Shown one piece after another: positions 1 to 11,976 of a stretch of DNA of 64,000 bases. This stretch comes from Mobula hypostoma (taxonomy: Eukaryota). Position 1 is the first letter of the stretch, and each line of letters opens with the position of its first letter. Where the stretch lies: the NCBI RefSeq assembly GCF_963921235.1, contig NC_086097.1, forward strand, positions 108,068,001-108,132,000, given 5' to 3'. The notes beneath the pieces are model-generated. The model searched no databases and had not been told where the DNA came from. It saw only the letters and a list, made by a program, of their open reading frames with translations. Position numbers and translations under genes: made by a program.

Positions 1-242
1 TTGAAGCTGTTTATTAAATTAAACACAGTACTTGTACTTTTCTCCTCAAATTTGCGTAAAGAGAACAGGTTGATCACACAGCTATTTTTAAAGGTTTGTG
101 GAGTTGCAAAGAATTTTCAATGCTGCCAGTAATAAGATAACCAATGAAAGTGCCATTTAAAAATTAATAATCTCAGATATGCTGAAAGGTTGTCAATGAA
201 GTTTGAGCTGATCTTACTGACTGATTTTTCCCCCCCATTTAG

Positions 243-2600
243 TTCCTGAAAGGTGGGAGCTTTGCCTCAGCAGCATTCCTTGGCTGCTGGTAAACCTCCT
301 GTGACTTGCTAAAGTGGCCGTAATTGATGCGTAAATCTAGGGTATGAATGCCGTCAAATCATTGAATGACACGGATGAAACATTTCATTTTTCAACTACA
401 CTTTTCATGAGTGCTCCTGGCTACAAAGATTATAGGATAACAATCAGCAGATGGTTGCTCTTCTATCTTGCCGACTGAATGTTTAATAGTATAACAATTA
501 AAAAAAAATTAAAATGTGAACAAATATTTAAGTTGTGCGAGTGGTAACGTCATGCCAACAAGTACTCAATTGCAGGCAATATGTTACATAGTTTTGTGAA
601 ACTACTGAAAATATAGTGCTTAGGGCACACATTTAATTTTCAATGTTATTTTCTATACATTTTAAGTGTACTTAAATTTGGACATGGAGTGCTTCTTTTA
701 TTGGGTGAACTTGTACTTGAAGTATTTGTAGGTTCTGTTGTCTAAATAGTGAAGTGTAATAATGTAAATATGCAAAGCACCTGGTTAAACAGGATTTATC
801 ATTATAATGATGGCAATATGGTCAGAACTGCCAGGCTTTGCTTCATTATTTAGAAATACAATCAACACAGAATCAGTGATTTGACAGGCAATGCTTTTGA
901 TTTAAGGGGGAAAAAAACTGTTATAGTTTGTTTGACTAGAAACAGCTGAGTTTTTAGTGTCAATCTATTTCATAGTTATTGGAGAACATCTCCCCAGTCT
1001 AGCTTGGAAAAAAATATCAACAGGTAGATGTTTTAAAATTGCAACTCATTTCTAAGTTTTGTATGCTACTTCAACAATTGTCTTTTATCCTGTATGCAGT
1101 GTACATTTTCAGTATAATAATTAAAGTGTGAATTCTAGTCTTTGCATTCCACTTCAGCTTTGGGATCTGGGAACTACTTAACATGGTCAGCTTAGCAACA
1201 TGCTTCATTTACAGTTTTTCTGGTCATCTTTCAGATAGAACCCTATTCCTAATCTACTCAAAATGACATTCAGGCCAATGGTTCTTTGAGTTTCTAATTT
1301 TATTTATTTGTACAAAGAACTTTTTGGAGGATAACTATGTTCAGTTAATTATGTTCAGTTAGTGTGCTTATCACCGATTCACATTTCTTGCTGAAATGAT
1401 TTTGTATTGGATAATTTTTACTACCACTTCTATGAACAGTCTTTTCGGTACTCAGTGTTAAAACTAGAGATTGAATTAACGAGCAAAAGAACCTATCTGA
1501 CTTATTTATTTATTTTAAAATTTATTTCTCTCATATATGAGCATGGCTTTTCACCTTTCTTTTTCAAAATTATTCAGTAGTATTAATTTTGCATCTCATG
1601 AATCAACAAGTTAGTGTGATGTTCGTTTTGAGCAAAGCAAATTTGAAGCCAGTTAAGCACATTATCAAGAAACTATTGAACATTTTGGTTTCCTTTAATA
1701 GACCTGACTCAGTTAATTAATTTTAAGTCATGGCAAAGTTGATACTGACACAGCAGTTGCCTAAGTTCAGGTTTAAATTATGTGGTGACATTGAGTAAGT
1801 GGAGCTTTAGTCTGCCTCCATCATGCCCTGTATTTGGAATAGGAATGATGTGTATTTGTGCTGAATGACAGAAGATTGAAAATGTCCAGTGAAATACAGT
1901 ATATACTTGAGAAGGAAGCCATTAACCTATTGTGTTCATACTGGTCAAAACCTGACTTTAAATTAACACAACTTCCCAACCATCAGTAAGTAAATTTAGG
2001 GCTCTTCAAAAGGCAAGTCAGGTATTTGATAAATCTGGTGAGGTTTACCGCAGTGATTCCTTCAAGAAGAAAGGCTAGACATGCTTCCACTTCAGGAAAG
2101 AGATTGTGAGTGCGCACAAAAGGTGGACTAAACTGCAAATGTATAGATGTCTCAGCAGGAAACATGGGAGAAACAAGACATTGTTCTTCAATAATAACCT
2201 GCTTCAATGTGAGAGGCCTGTGCTAAACACTGAATATGAAAAACTGTATGCAAATAAACACAGTGTCTGTGTGTTGTTAGCCATCTGACCATACTGTTTG
2301 CATGTTGGCCTTGCGTATGTGTGCACACGTTTGTGTGTGTGTGTGCATAGTGATGGAGGAACCGGTCTCCTTCTGTAGTAGGGCGCTGGTCTTGGCCAGC
2401 AGAATGCATGGAGGTCTTGCATCATGCAGAAGAATTTTTGACCTAGTGCATTATTGCTTTTTGAAACGGCTGTTGCTTATATTTAAAGTGTAATTGTATT
2501 GTAGAATACTCTTATTGACACTTTTTACTTTTAACCATGCACAATAACATTTTTACACAAGTGCATTACTGAACCATTTGTATATTATGTTGTGTAAATC
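243..2600 (+). other. Possible terminal exon plus long AT-rich 3' UTR of an unidentified host gene
   Basis: A branch-point-like ctgac and pyrimidine tract (ttttcccccccatttag) end at 242. Short reading frames then close quickly (FLKGGSFASAAFLGCW*, stop at 291-293). About 2.4 kb of TE-free AT-rich sequence follows, with AATAAA at 2253. Gene not recognised. Confidence 0.3.
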
Positions 2601-2615
2601 TAATGCAGGGATATC

Positions 2616-2905
2616 ATAGAACATGGAACAGTGCAGCACAGGAACAGGCCCTTCAGCCCACAACTAATCCCTCCTACCTACACAATGTCCATATCCCTCC
2701 ATTTCCCTCATATTCACGTATATATCTAAACATCCCTTAAAAGCCTCTATTATATTGGCCTCTACCACCACCCCAGGCATTGTAATCTAGGAATACACCG
2801 TTATGAGTTTTTTAAGAAAACTTATTCCTCACACCCCCTTTGAACCTACCCCCTCTCACCTTCAATGCATGTCCTCTGGTATTAGACATTACAACCCTGA
2901 GGGCA
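2616..2905 (-). mobile_element. CR1 LINE 3' end fragment
   Basis: Has the catagaacatggaacag...caggcccttcagcccaca tail shared with other CR1 3' ends in the window. Confidence 0.7.
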
Positions 2906-3050
2906 AAAATACTCCCTGAATTACATTTTCGTATATTACAATTTGACAGATGCATGTAAGTGCAATTTTTAAAAAGAATCCTCATTTGATTGCTTGAGAA
3001 AGGAAAGAGTAATGATTGGGGAAAAAAAGAGTTTGGAAGCTTGATACTGT

Positions 3051-3758
3051 TGTAGTGCCCCCCCCCACCCGGCCAGCCTCAGGGTCACTTGGCTCGCTGT
3101 CGTCGAGGGAAACAGCCCTCGGCCCCACCAAACTGGGTAATTCGTTTGTGTGGATGCTGTGTGATGTACCCCACCCCACCCAAATAACAGACAATACACC
3201 AGATACGATTAAATGATTTACAGTTTATAGATATTACTGGAACTATATAATTAATAGAGAATAAAATATAAAAGGAAAATAAAAGGCACCACACTTATCA
3301 AAGTTCAATCTTTTCGTGCACAAACAGTTGGAGCTCAGGACCCTTCTTCTTCAGCCTGCGACCCCTCGGACCACCTCGACCGGCCGCCTGGGACCAACAA
3401 CAGTGGTCAACCAGGTGCTCCACACAAGTCCGTCTTTGTCTCCTCTCCTCACTGAACGCCCTGCTTGGGGTCTGACCCCGTTAGCGGACATCACAGCACC
3501 TGGTCCATCCTCTGTCGCTCTCTCCTGCCTTTACCCCCAAAACCCTGCGCATAGAATATCTTCAGATACACCAAAAACATAACAACTATCCCAATTGGTT
3601 CGTAATATATTCTTATCCCACTCTAACCCAAAACAAGCTGCTAGCGCAAGAACTTTCTCAGTGTTTAACATAACAAAGAAGCATTCCCAAGTATAGCATA
3701 ACAAAGAAGCCATTTTAATTAGCCTACGCAGTAACATAAGAGACAAAACCCCCTTACA
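3051..3758 (-). repeat. 3' LTR of the Gypsy element
   Basis: TG...CA termini. Aligns end to end with 6582-7287 and sits next to the polypurine tract. Confidence 0.95.
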
Positions 3759-3770
3759 CTCTCCCCCGCC
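3759..3770 (-). promoter_or_regulatory. Polypurine tract (GGCGGGGGAGAG)
   Basis: Purine-rich run immediately 5' of the 3' LTR on the minus strand. Confidence 0.85.
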
Positions 3771-4247
3771 AAACAAAGTCATATCCTCATGACTTCTAAA
3801 TAACTCGCCAACCAGTCCTGCAGACACACAACAAACACATACACAGATACACACAGTGACAGTGCTCCCCAAACAGTGGACCTTACGGACACTACATAGG
3901 CCAACCTATCTGGGAGCTTCTTAATCCTCCGAGACCTCCGTACCCCCCCCCGCCCCACCTAAACCCTAAAGGCTCAGACACTACTAGGGATACCTCGGGC
4001 CTGCCTGCCAACTGCTCTGTCACTCAGGCCACCATTCCAACTCGGAGCCCCCAGTCCTGTGTCCGGGGCCACGCTTCTTTTCCTTCCTGGTCCTACTGCA
4101 ACTCAGACTGCCCACAGCTAACCCTCCCCACTACACCTGACTCAGTGGGAGAAGGGCCAAAGGTATCTTCCTCAATCACAGGGAAGTTAGCAAAAGGCAC
4201 TACATGTCCAGCACATCATCCTTCGAATTCGTATCCTTCCTCATTCC

Positions 4248-5000
4248 CTCGCTCGGTAGCTGCTGTTTGAGTTTCTCCAAACTGAAACATTTAGCCGGGG
4301 CTACCCCTTCAGCTTCCTGCAGTCGAGACGTCAGCTTCTTCGGGGACTCCTTCAACTCTCGTCACAGCCTCAGTAGTTCTGACTCAGGGTTCTGGGCCAT
4401 CTCAATCTGGGACGCAGTTACCCCACCAGCTTCTTCCACCCTGACCTGACAAGCAGCAGTTAAAGAATGTTCAGCCTCCGGTTGTTTCTTCCTGAGGACG
4501 TTTTCCAGGTCAACTTTCAGTTTTTCCACTTCATTTAAACTCGCGATAGTCATCTTCAGGTTCCTTTCAAGCGTCCGCCTCCCTTTTCTGAGATCTGTCC
4601 TCCATTTCTTCACCTCCTCGGGAGTGTAGTCAAACTCCCCTCCCTGGGCTCTCGGTTTTCTGTTGGCCTTAGTCAGAACACTTCCTTGATCTTCCCCAAC
4701 TTGTAAATCTTCCAATCTTTTCTGGATCGACGTCTTGAGTTTCTGCTGATCCCTTCGAAGGTGGGTCATTGTTTCTTCTCACTGGATTAATTCATCAGTA
4801 CTTGACCACAGTGTCGGCTCAGAATTCCATTGCTCCTTCTCCACAGCAACGAGTGTGAATTCCAAGTCTGCAATGGTCGTCCCACAAGTGCGGCACTCAG
4901 TCTCCGGCCGGCATTTCTGAGCACTCAGTTCAGCGGTGCAAATCCCCTCTCTTCCCTGTGTCTCATTCAGATTGACGACCTGGGTTTCCATCCCCAGGTC
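4248..5000 (-). pseudogene. Captured, intronless, internally deleted sarcomeric myosin heavy-chain rod (S2/LMM) fragment, MYH16-like
   Basis: Translates to DLGMETQVVNLNE...AELSAQKCRPETEC...IADLEFTLVAVEKE...QKRLEDLQVGEDQGSVLTKAN...NLKMTIASLNEVEKLKVDLENVLRKK...RVEEAGGVTASQIEM...ELLRL*RELKES...KKLTSRLQEAE...AKCFSLEKLKQQL. This is collinear with recalled class II myosin motifs (DLELTLAKVEKEK, LDDLQAEEDKVNTLTK, RLEEAGGATSAQIEM, KLAQRLQEAEE, AKCSSLEKTKQRL). Confidence 0.85.
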
Positions 5001-5950
5001 CACCACCGTCTGTTCCAACACCAGGAAGTTCAACTGGTATGTCGGGTCAATTTTCTCACATTGCACCAAACTCCTCCGGCCAAAAACTCCTCCACATTTG
5101 ACACTTTGCTTCTGTCGCCCGGGCTGAGCCACTCGCCTCGCTTCATAGTCCCCCCAGGCGAATCCAAGCTCCAGGCGGTCATCCACATACGCCAAAACTC
5201 CACACACCTTCATTTCCCCCATGGTCTTCCTCATGCCCCGCGGGAAGGATGCAGGGGCTCCGGATATGCCCTTGGGCATCTTTTTGGATCGGAAGAATCC
5301 TAGGGAACTATAGAGAACTGATAACGTCCGTCGTCAGCTCAACAGCTGCACTCCTCAGGATCTGGCAACATCCACTCCTCAGATCCAACACATTAAACCA
5401 CGTCGCATAATCCACACACACGCTGCCTTCATCTTCCACGCCGCCAGGGTCCAGTTGCTGCGACCTCTCTCTCACTGAGGTGTCTTCAGCGGTCAACTCC
5501 CCTCCCTCGTGGTAGTTCGGAGCATCTACTAAGAGGGTCTCACCCTCAGCTACTTTCCCCAAGCCATACCACCGCTGGGTCTCGTTTAAATTCGGTACCA
5601 GCTCAAGGCTACTACACACGTCCTCAGAAGCAACTCGACACACAGGGTGCCCAGACAATTCCCCCATGAACTCCAGGGTCATTAACATCGTCTTCTAGAT
5701 AACTACTGCCACTAGTACCCAAAGTCTCTGGTGCCCTTGCGGTTGTCAAGGGTAAATGCTTCAGACACTGGTTGTAAAACGAACTGTACAACAACTTGAC
5801 CTGCGCCCCGAAGTCAAGGATGGATTTCGCATCGCTTCCCTCTATCCGTAATGACACCCTGGGGCGTGGTCCCTCTAAACCTTCAGGAATAGGGTCTTTT
5901 CCTTTCGGAAGTTCATTGGTACATTGCTGGGAACGTGCTTCCCCAGAGAA
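5001..5950 (-). pseudogene. Deleted and degenerate Gypsy pol: aspartic protease, RT and RNase H remnants
   Basis: Protease: IPEGLEGP...[41 protein letters not shown] and LAYVDD. RNase H motif (SRSL..SEKNYP.HKLEFLALKWAVVD) seen as RRSLVQCEKIDPTYQLNFLVLEQTVVD. Confidence 0.85.
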
Positions 5951-6450
5951 CCCAAGCCGTTCCCCCACTGGGCCTCCACTAAGTTTCCCGACACCTCTCT
6001 GATCAGCTGAACAACTGGAGGAGGGGCTGATCCCCTGAAATGATCCCCCTGGCACTGCAAGCAATTTAGCCGCCCTCCTAGCCAGAGAAGACACACTGAA
6101 AACTTTCCCCCTTCTTTCAAATAACTGACAGCTGTCACTACGGTGTAAGTGAACCTGACAGCTCTAACACTGTCACCAGCCCGCCTACTTAAACTTTCAA
6201 CCAATCCCTGTCGCTCTCCCTCAACCGAGCACTGCCACTCATCTAACAACTGAGAGATCCGCTCCGCCCACGTCTCGCTAGTCTCCGCCCCTCTTGGGGT
6301 GGACACTATCCCAAACGCCAGGCGGAGCCTGCCGGAGCTGGAACATTTATTCACAGTCCCTACCTCCAAATCAGACCACTCTTTCCTCTCTCTCCCAACA
6401 GCATGGACAGCCCCAATTTCCACCTCCAACTCGTCAATGCTAGTCTGAAC
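5950..6450 (-). pseudogene. PNMA/Ma-like gag remnant
   Basis: [47 protein letters not shown] resembles the PNMA-type Gypsy capsid region. Confidence 0.8.
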
Positions 6451-6560
6451 TCGAACAAAGACCGCACCCACCACGCATACAGCAATAACCAGCAAATAAC
6501 CCACAGAGACACATATTACTGATTTAAACAGGGCACCCACACAGCATACCAGTAGATCCA

Positions 6561-6581
6561 ATCCCGGACAAAAGCCCACAA
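6561..6581 (-). promoter_or_regulatory. Primer-binding site, degenerate tRNA-Pro type
   Basis: The minus strand reads TTGTGGGCTTTTGTCCGGGAT directly after the 5' LTR, compared with canonical TGGGGGCTCGTCCGGGAT. Confidence 0.75.
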
Positions 6582-7287
6582 TGTAGTCCCCCACCCCCCA
6601 CCCGGCCAGCCTCAGGGTCGCTCGGCTCGCTGTTGTCTAGGGAAACAGCCCTCGGCCCCGCCAAACTGGGTAATTAGTTTGTGTCGATGCCGTGTGATGT
6701 ACCCCACCCCACCCAAATAACAGACAATACACCAGATACCATTAAATGATTTACAGTTTATAGATATTACTGGAACTATATAATTAATAGAGAATAAAAT
6801 GTAAAGGAAAATAAAAGGCGCCACACTTATCAAAGTTCAATCTCTTTGTGCACAAACAGTTGGAGCTCAGGACCCTTCTTCACCCTGCGACCCCTTGGAC
6901 CACCTCGACCGGCTGCCTGGGACCAACGACGGTGGTCAACCAGACGCTCCACACAAGTCCGTCTCCGTCTCCTCTCCTCGCTGACCCCCCTGCTCAGGGT
7001 CTGACCCTCTTAGCAGACATCACAGCACCTGGTCCATCCTCTGTCTCTCTGTCCCGCCTTCTCCCCCAAAACCCCGCGCATACAATATCTTCAGATACAC
7101 CAAAAACATAACAACTATCCCAATTGGTTCGTAACATATTCTTATCACGCTCTAACCCAAAACAAGCTGCTAGCGCAAGAACTTCCTCAGCGTTTAACAT
7201 AACAAAGAAGCATTCCCAAGTATAACATAACAAAGAAGCCATTTTAATTAGCTTGCGCAGTAACATAAAAGACGAAACCCCCTTACA
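6582..7287 (-). repeat. 5' LTR of the Gypsy element
   Basis: Direct repeat of 3051-3758, roughly 5-10% diverged by eye, with many CpG transitions. Confidence 0.95.
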
Positions 7288-7649
7288 CTGTGAATGTAGG
7301 GTCTTTAGTAATGAGACTTGAAAATTTATGCCAAAATTGTCTGCATTGTTCTTGGTGAGGAAGGGAGTCTTCAGCTGCAGGAAGGTTTTGTTGGACAGAA
7401 TGCAGTAGGGACAAATGGAATTCAATCAAGAATAGTAAGGGAATATGTTTGGGAAGAGTGTGATGAGGTAAGGTACTGAAAAGTAGAGAATTAAGGGGAC
7501 CCAGGACTAGATATACACACATCTGCTTCTGAGAGAAGCAGAATAGGTGTTTACGGCATACAGTATGGGGAAAGTTGGCTTGATTGATGTGACCTACTGC
7601 AGAAGAACAACTAAGTATTTTTCTGTTCGGTAAACACAAAAGAAAATCC

Positions 7650-7990
7650 CTCTTTCCTCTATTCACCACTCTGACCTTTTACCTCTTCTCACCTGCCTAT
7701 TACTTCACCCTGGGCCCCCTCCTCCTATGGTGCACTCTCCTCTCCTATCAGATTCTTTTCCCAGCCCTTGACCTTTCTCACCCACTTGGCTTCACCTATC
7801 ACCTTTTAGCTTGCCTCCTTCCCCTCCCCCTCACCTTTTTATTTTGGCATCTTCACCCTTCCTTCTCAGGGGGAAGAAGGGTCTCGGCCTGAAATATCAC
7901 CTGTTTATTTACTTCCATTGATGCTGCTGAGTTCCTCCAGCATTTTCTGTGTGTTGCTTTTGATTTCCAGCATCTGCAGAATTTCTTATG
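7650..7990 (+). mobile_element. Penelope-like pLTR/3' end, decayed
   Basis: Pyrimidine-rich tract followed by gaagggtctcggcctgaaa...gagttcctccagcattt...ccagcatctgcag, as in the GIY-YIG-linked copy near 52360. Confidence 0.7.
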
Positions 7991-9559
7991 TTAGCAACTA
8001 AGCTGTATTTCATTACTGAAAACACCAGGGAAGCCACAGGTTGAAAGCTGTGTACAGTTCACCAAAGTAACAAAAAGCTCTGAAAGCATTGGAGAGGAGG
8101 CAGGGCCGAATTGAGAATTACAGTGATAAGAGAAGATGGTCTCTGCTGCAATTATTTTGTTTGCAGGAATGGAGATGTGAGTTTTAATTGGTGTGTGTAC
8201 ACAGGGGGTGAATAGAAAAGAACGCATGCTGAAAAATAAGTCAGCAATTTTGTGGAATTGAGAATGGACTTAACCTCAATCAAGCAAAGTTCACCTGCAA
8301 GCACCCAGCAGGAACTGTGACTTCTGAAATTCCAGTTGTGAAATCTGGAAATGTGATTCTAGATTTGAAGTTCTGTGACGCGATTCTGGAAATTTTCCCC
8401 CAAATGTGCATAATGCACCAGTTTGCAACTGGAGTGCAATTCTTACTGCATTTTCCCAGAATGTGGCAATACTTGTGCACTCGGTCTCCAGTCACTTGTC
8501 ATTACTAACCCTGTTTTCTATGAAGCTCTCACTTAACAAGTTAGTGCTCAAATTGTATTCTTGTCTTCACTGAGATCTGTGACTTCATGTGACCTCAAAA
8601 TGCAACCTCAGAGATTTGCTGAACTCTGGGTCACTCTTGGGTTCCCAGTTTAGGGATCATTCCAATCTCCTGCGGAATCTGCCACATTGTGGTTTGCTTC
8701 TCACCACGTGTGTACTCCACAAGCGCATTCCATAGTCACAAAGCAGAGACTTCCTCTCCTTTACATGTAGCTCAGCGGAGGAGTGTGCATCCAGGCCCTC
8801 GTGAAGGTGTGACTGGGAACCTCCTGGCAGGGGTGCATTTGAAGTTTTCCCTGCCACCCCCCCCCTCAGGTGCATAAGGAAACTGCCTCTTGTGGGTTCT
8901 TCACCACCCTTTCTGGGACCCTCTGATCCCTGTTAGAAGTGTCAGAATTAATCTTGGAAAACCCAAAACAATTGCTCTATGGACTGTGCAATGAAGGTTT
9001 TGCTTCAAATGCAAACGATGTTATGGTGACTCACGATTCTATTTTGAAATGAATGCAATGGGACTAAGGAGTAAGAGAGCAGAATGTTCTCTGAAGTAAT
9101 CCTAATGATGTCACGACTCTGACTTTTCTTTTTGAATGAAATACTCAATACAACTCACTTCCAGATAGTTGCAGGGGTTGGAGTTGAAGGTGTACAAGCT
9201 CATCCCAAGGTAGTCTAATCAGGTTAGCTATGCACTACTTCTGACCAATAACAAATTATATGGATCATATTCCACCTAAAACGTAACAAAGCTTTAATTT
9301 GTATTGCTCCAAAAATCCTCATTTGTTTATGTTTGTGGCATTTGTTGTGGCTTTAGCCACAAATCCACAATTTCATTATTCACATCTAGTAAGGTGGAGA
9401 TGTTCCAGGGGCATGGCCTTATAGTGATCACACGAAGGGAGTTACGTTGACTGTAGTAACCATGGAGGGGCACCTCTGTTGTCTGCCACAGCCATAACCA
9501 GGGTTCTTCTTAACTGCCTCCAGCTCGTGTTGGAAGAACTGCTCGCAGAATGACAGAGC

Positions 9560-10590
9560 AGATTCATCAATCCAAAAGCACAGGGAATGTGATTGTCACT
9601 GTACAATAACGCCATGGAAATGTAAGAAATAGCATCATGTTTTTCAGCTTCACAAAAGCCTTTGACTTCATTCATTAGAATAGACCATGGAGCACTTTTT
9701 CAGCACATTTTTCTCCCTATAGTAATTCATCTCCATTTTGTTCTGTGCCATTCATCTACCTGATAGGCTCACAACAGAACTAATCTCAGTGAAGACTGGT
9801 GCAAAACAAGCTGTCATTACTCCAAAGTATTTCTCAATCTTTCTTGCCTTGGGGTTATGCTTCACCTCTAACAAGTTCATGTAGAAACGGAGCTAATCTT
9901 CACAACTGACAGCAATCTGTTCAAGCTATGACAACCACCCTGCAGAAACTGAAGTTGTCTGAACCTCAGTAACCCAAACTGCATTATGCAGATGACGCTT
10001 GTGTTTGCCCTTGCTAGGTCACAAACATGAGAATAGATTGCGTACTCAACATCCATGGGACCAAGGTCCTCCTTCAACCTGGCCTTGTTACATCACACCA
10101 CCTTCCAACAGTAAAGGTACATCGCAAGTCCCAGGAAAGCGACTTGTGCTACCTTGGGAGCCACCTCTCAGCATGGGCAGGTATCAGTAATGAAAGTTAC
10201 CTCTGTCTTCAATGCACTAGTACAGTCTTTGGTCACTGGAGGAAAAAGTATTTGAGGACTGGAGCTTTTTACCCAAAACTCCATGGCCTAATGTGTCACA
10301 GTGATCTCAGCTGTCCTCGTGTGATTCTGAAACCTGCAGAAAGCTCATCACAGAGAAGGCACCATCACTGCTGTTTCCTCAAAATTTTCCACATTCTCTG
10401 AAAGGATACATGAATCAGCGTGAGTCACCTCTCCCGGTCAATGCCCAGCACTGAATCCTGACTTACACTCAGTCAATGATGTTGGGCAGACTATGTCATT
10501 CTTGTTTGATACTACCAAATTCTTGACACACTTCCTATGTCAGAATTTGAAGCATATATTACCAGGAAGACTGGAAAAGATTCAAGGCTA
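9560..10590 (+). mobile_element. Old degenerate non-LTR retrotransposon RT region (RTE-like)
   Basis: Remnants of KAFD (aaagcctttgac), YADD (tatgcagatgac), LNI..TKV and YLGS motifs, with many indels. Confidence 0.55.
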
Positions 10591-11011
10591 ACACAAAATT
10601 CTGGAGGAGCAGGGTTGATAGCATCTGAGTTGATATTTCAGGCTAAGACCTTTCATCAGGACTAGAAAAGGTTTGTATTTCCCACATTGGCTTATTAATC
10701 ATTTTGGAGCTCTCAAAACTGGAGAGAAAATGTGTTATTCTCCCTTTCAAGGGTTTGTCTAAAGAGAATCTGCCTCTGAAGTTTGTCTCCATTGACATAC
10801 TATACAAATAAAATCATTTATAACAGTTATCCTGCAGAGTAAGTCAAAAGCCTAAAAATTTATTGACCAAAAATTTTAATCCTCAGAAATCGCATTAGAA
10901 ACTATATCATGAATAAAATGTTGGTGATTATTTTTCTGTTTGGGTCTCCTGATGACTTGTTATTTCAGTGTTAGATTTTGTTCAAATCCATTGGTCTACA
11001 TGGGTTTAAGG

Positions 11012-11090
11012 CAAAGGTTCTCAAAATTCTTTATGCCATGGACAATACCATTAAGCAAGGGGTCCATGGAACCCAAGTGGGGAACCCCTG
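11012..11090. mobile_element. ~80-bp hAT-like MITE
   Basis: Termini caaaggttctcaa and gggaacccctg, with a near-perfect 8-bp TSD (gtttaagg / gtttaaag). Confidence 0.6.
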
Positions 11091-11976
11091 GTTTAAAGGA
11101 TACCATTTTGCTCCAAGTTTTAATGAAAATAAAACAAATTGCTGGAGGGTTGGCAGCAACTGTGGAGGCAAAGGGACATTTTTGGGTGGAGACCCTGCTT
11201 CACCTTTGATGAACTCTCACTGCTCCCTCTGAATTCTACTGCTTTCCTGCACTCTGACCAGTCTTCACCTGAAACGTTGACAATTCCTTTTCCCCGCAGA
11301 AAGTCCTTTTCTCCCACAATCTGCTGGAGGAACTCTGTGGCAGCTCAATCTGCTGACTTCCTTGGGTAGATTATTATTATTTTAAATTCAACGCTGAAGT
11401 CTGGTTGATCCTCTAATTGTACCAACAATATTCTGTGTTGTGAAATGGAAACCACTTCTGCTGTTCAACTAAATCCAATGATACAATCCATCAATTAATT
11501 AATAATCATTTCCTTTAAAATGTGGTAACTGTTGGCAGCTGAACATGCAAGACCATGGAAATGTTCCTTCTTTGTCACAAATGTATATTCCTTTCTCCTG
11601 AGCAAAATATATTTACACAACCAGTTGACAGGACCTGCCATGATCACTTGAATTCTCAGGTCAATGAAGAATTTACCAAAACAAATGAAACCAAAGTCTC
11701 AAAATAGTCAGACCTTTTATGAGAGGAGAATATAGAGGGGGAAGAGAGGGGAAAAATTGGAGAGGACAATTCAAACATAAAACTGGCAATGTCAGAGTAT
11801 TTGCAGATTGTCTGTTAATGACACATCATAAGTCAAAAGGTCTGGTCATAGTACCAAGCAAATCAGGCAGCATCCATGCAGAGAAAAGCAGGAACATTGA
11901 CATGAACATAATTAATTATGGTTGACCTGGATGAAGGAATGTCACAAGAGGTGGATGAATGGGGGTAGCTGTAGAG

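Larger units (their letters stand above)
3051..7287 (-). mobile_element. Non-autonomous Gypsy/Ty3 LTR retrotransposon (PNMA-like gag) carrying a captured myosin fragment
   Basis: Direct repeats at 3051-3758 and 6582-7287 (TGTAG...TTACA). 4-bp TSD CTGT at 3047-3050 and 7288-7291. PBS, PPT and gag/protease/RT/RNase H remnants all lie on the minus strand. Confidence 0.95.

Noticed and set aside
4362..4769. Functional host myosin gene exon or retroviral env gene
   Set aside because: It lies between paired LTRs, is internally deleted and has stops. It has no splice structure and no env signal peptide or transmembrane features.
5875..6594. Domesticated PNMA-family gene
   Set aside because: It is still flanked by LTRs, PBS and TSD, is frameshifted and truncated, and the ORF start falls within the LTR.
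8000..9400. Unique-looking sequence with short ORFs
   Set aside because: No recognisable protein motif or convincing splice-site pair, so no call can be supported.
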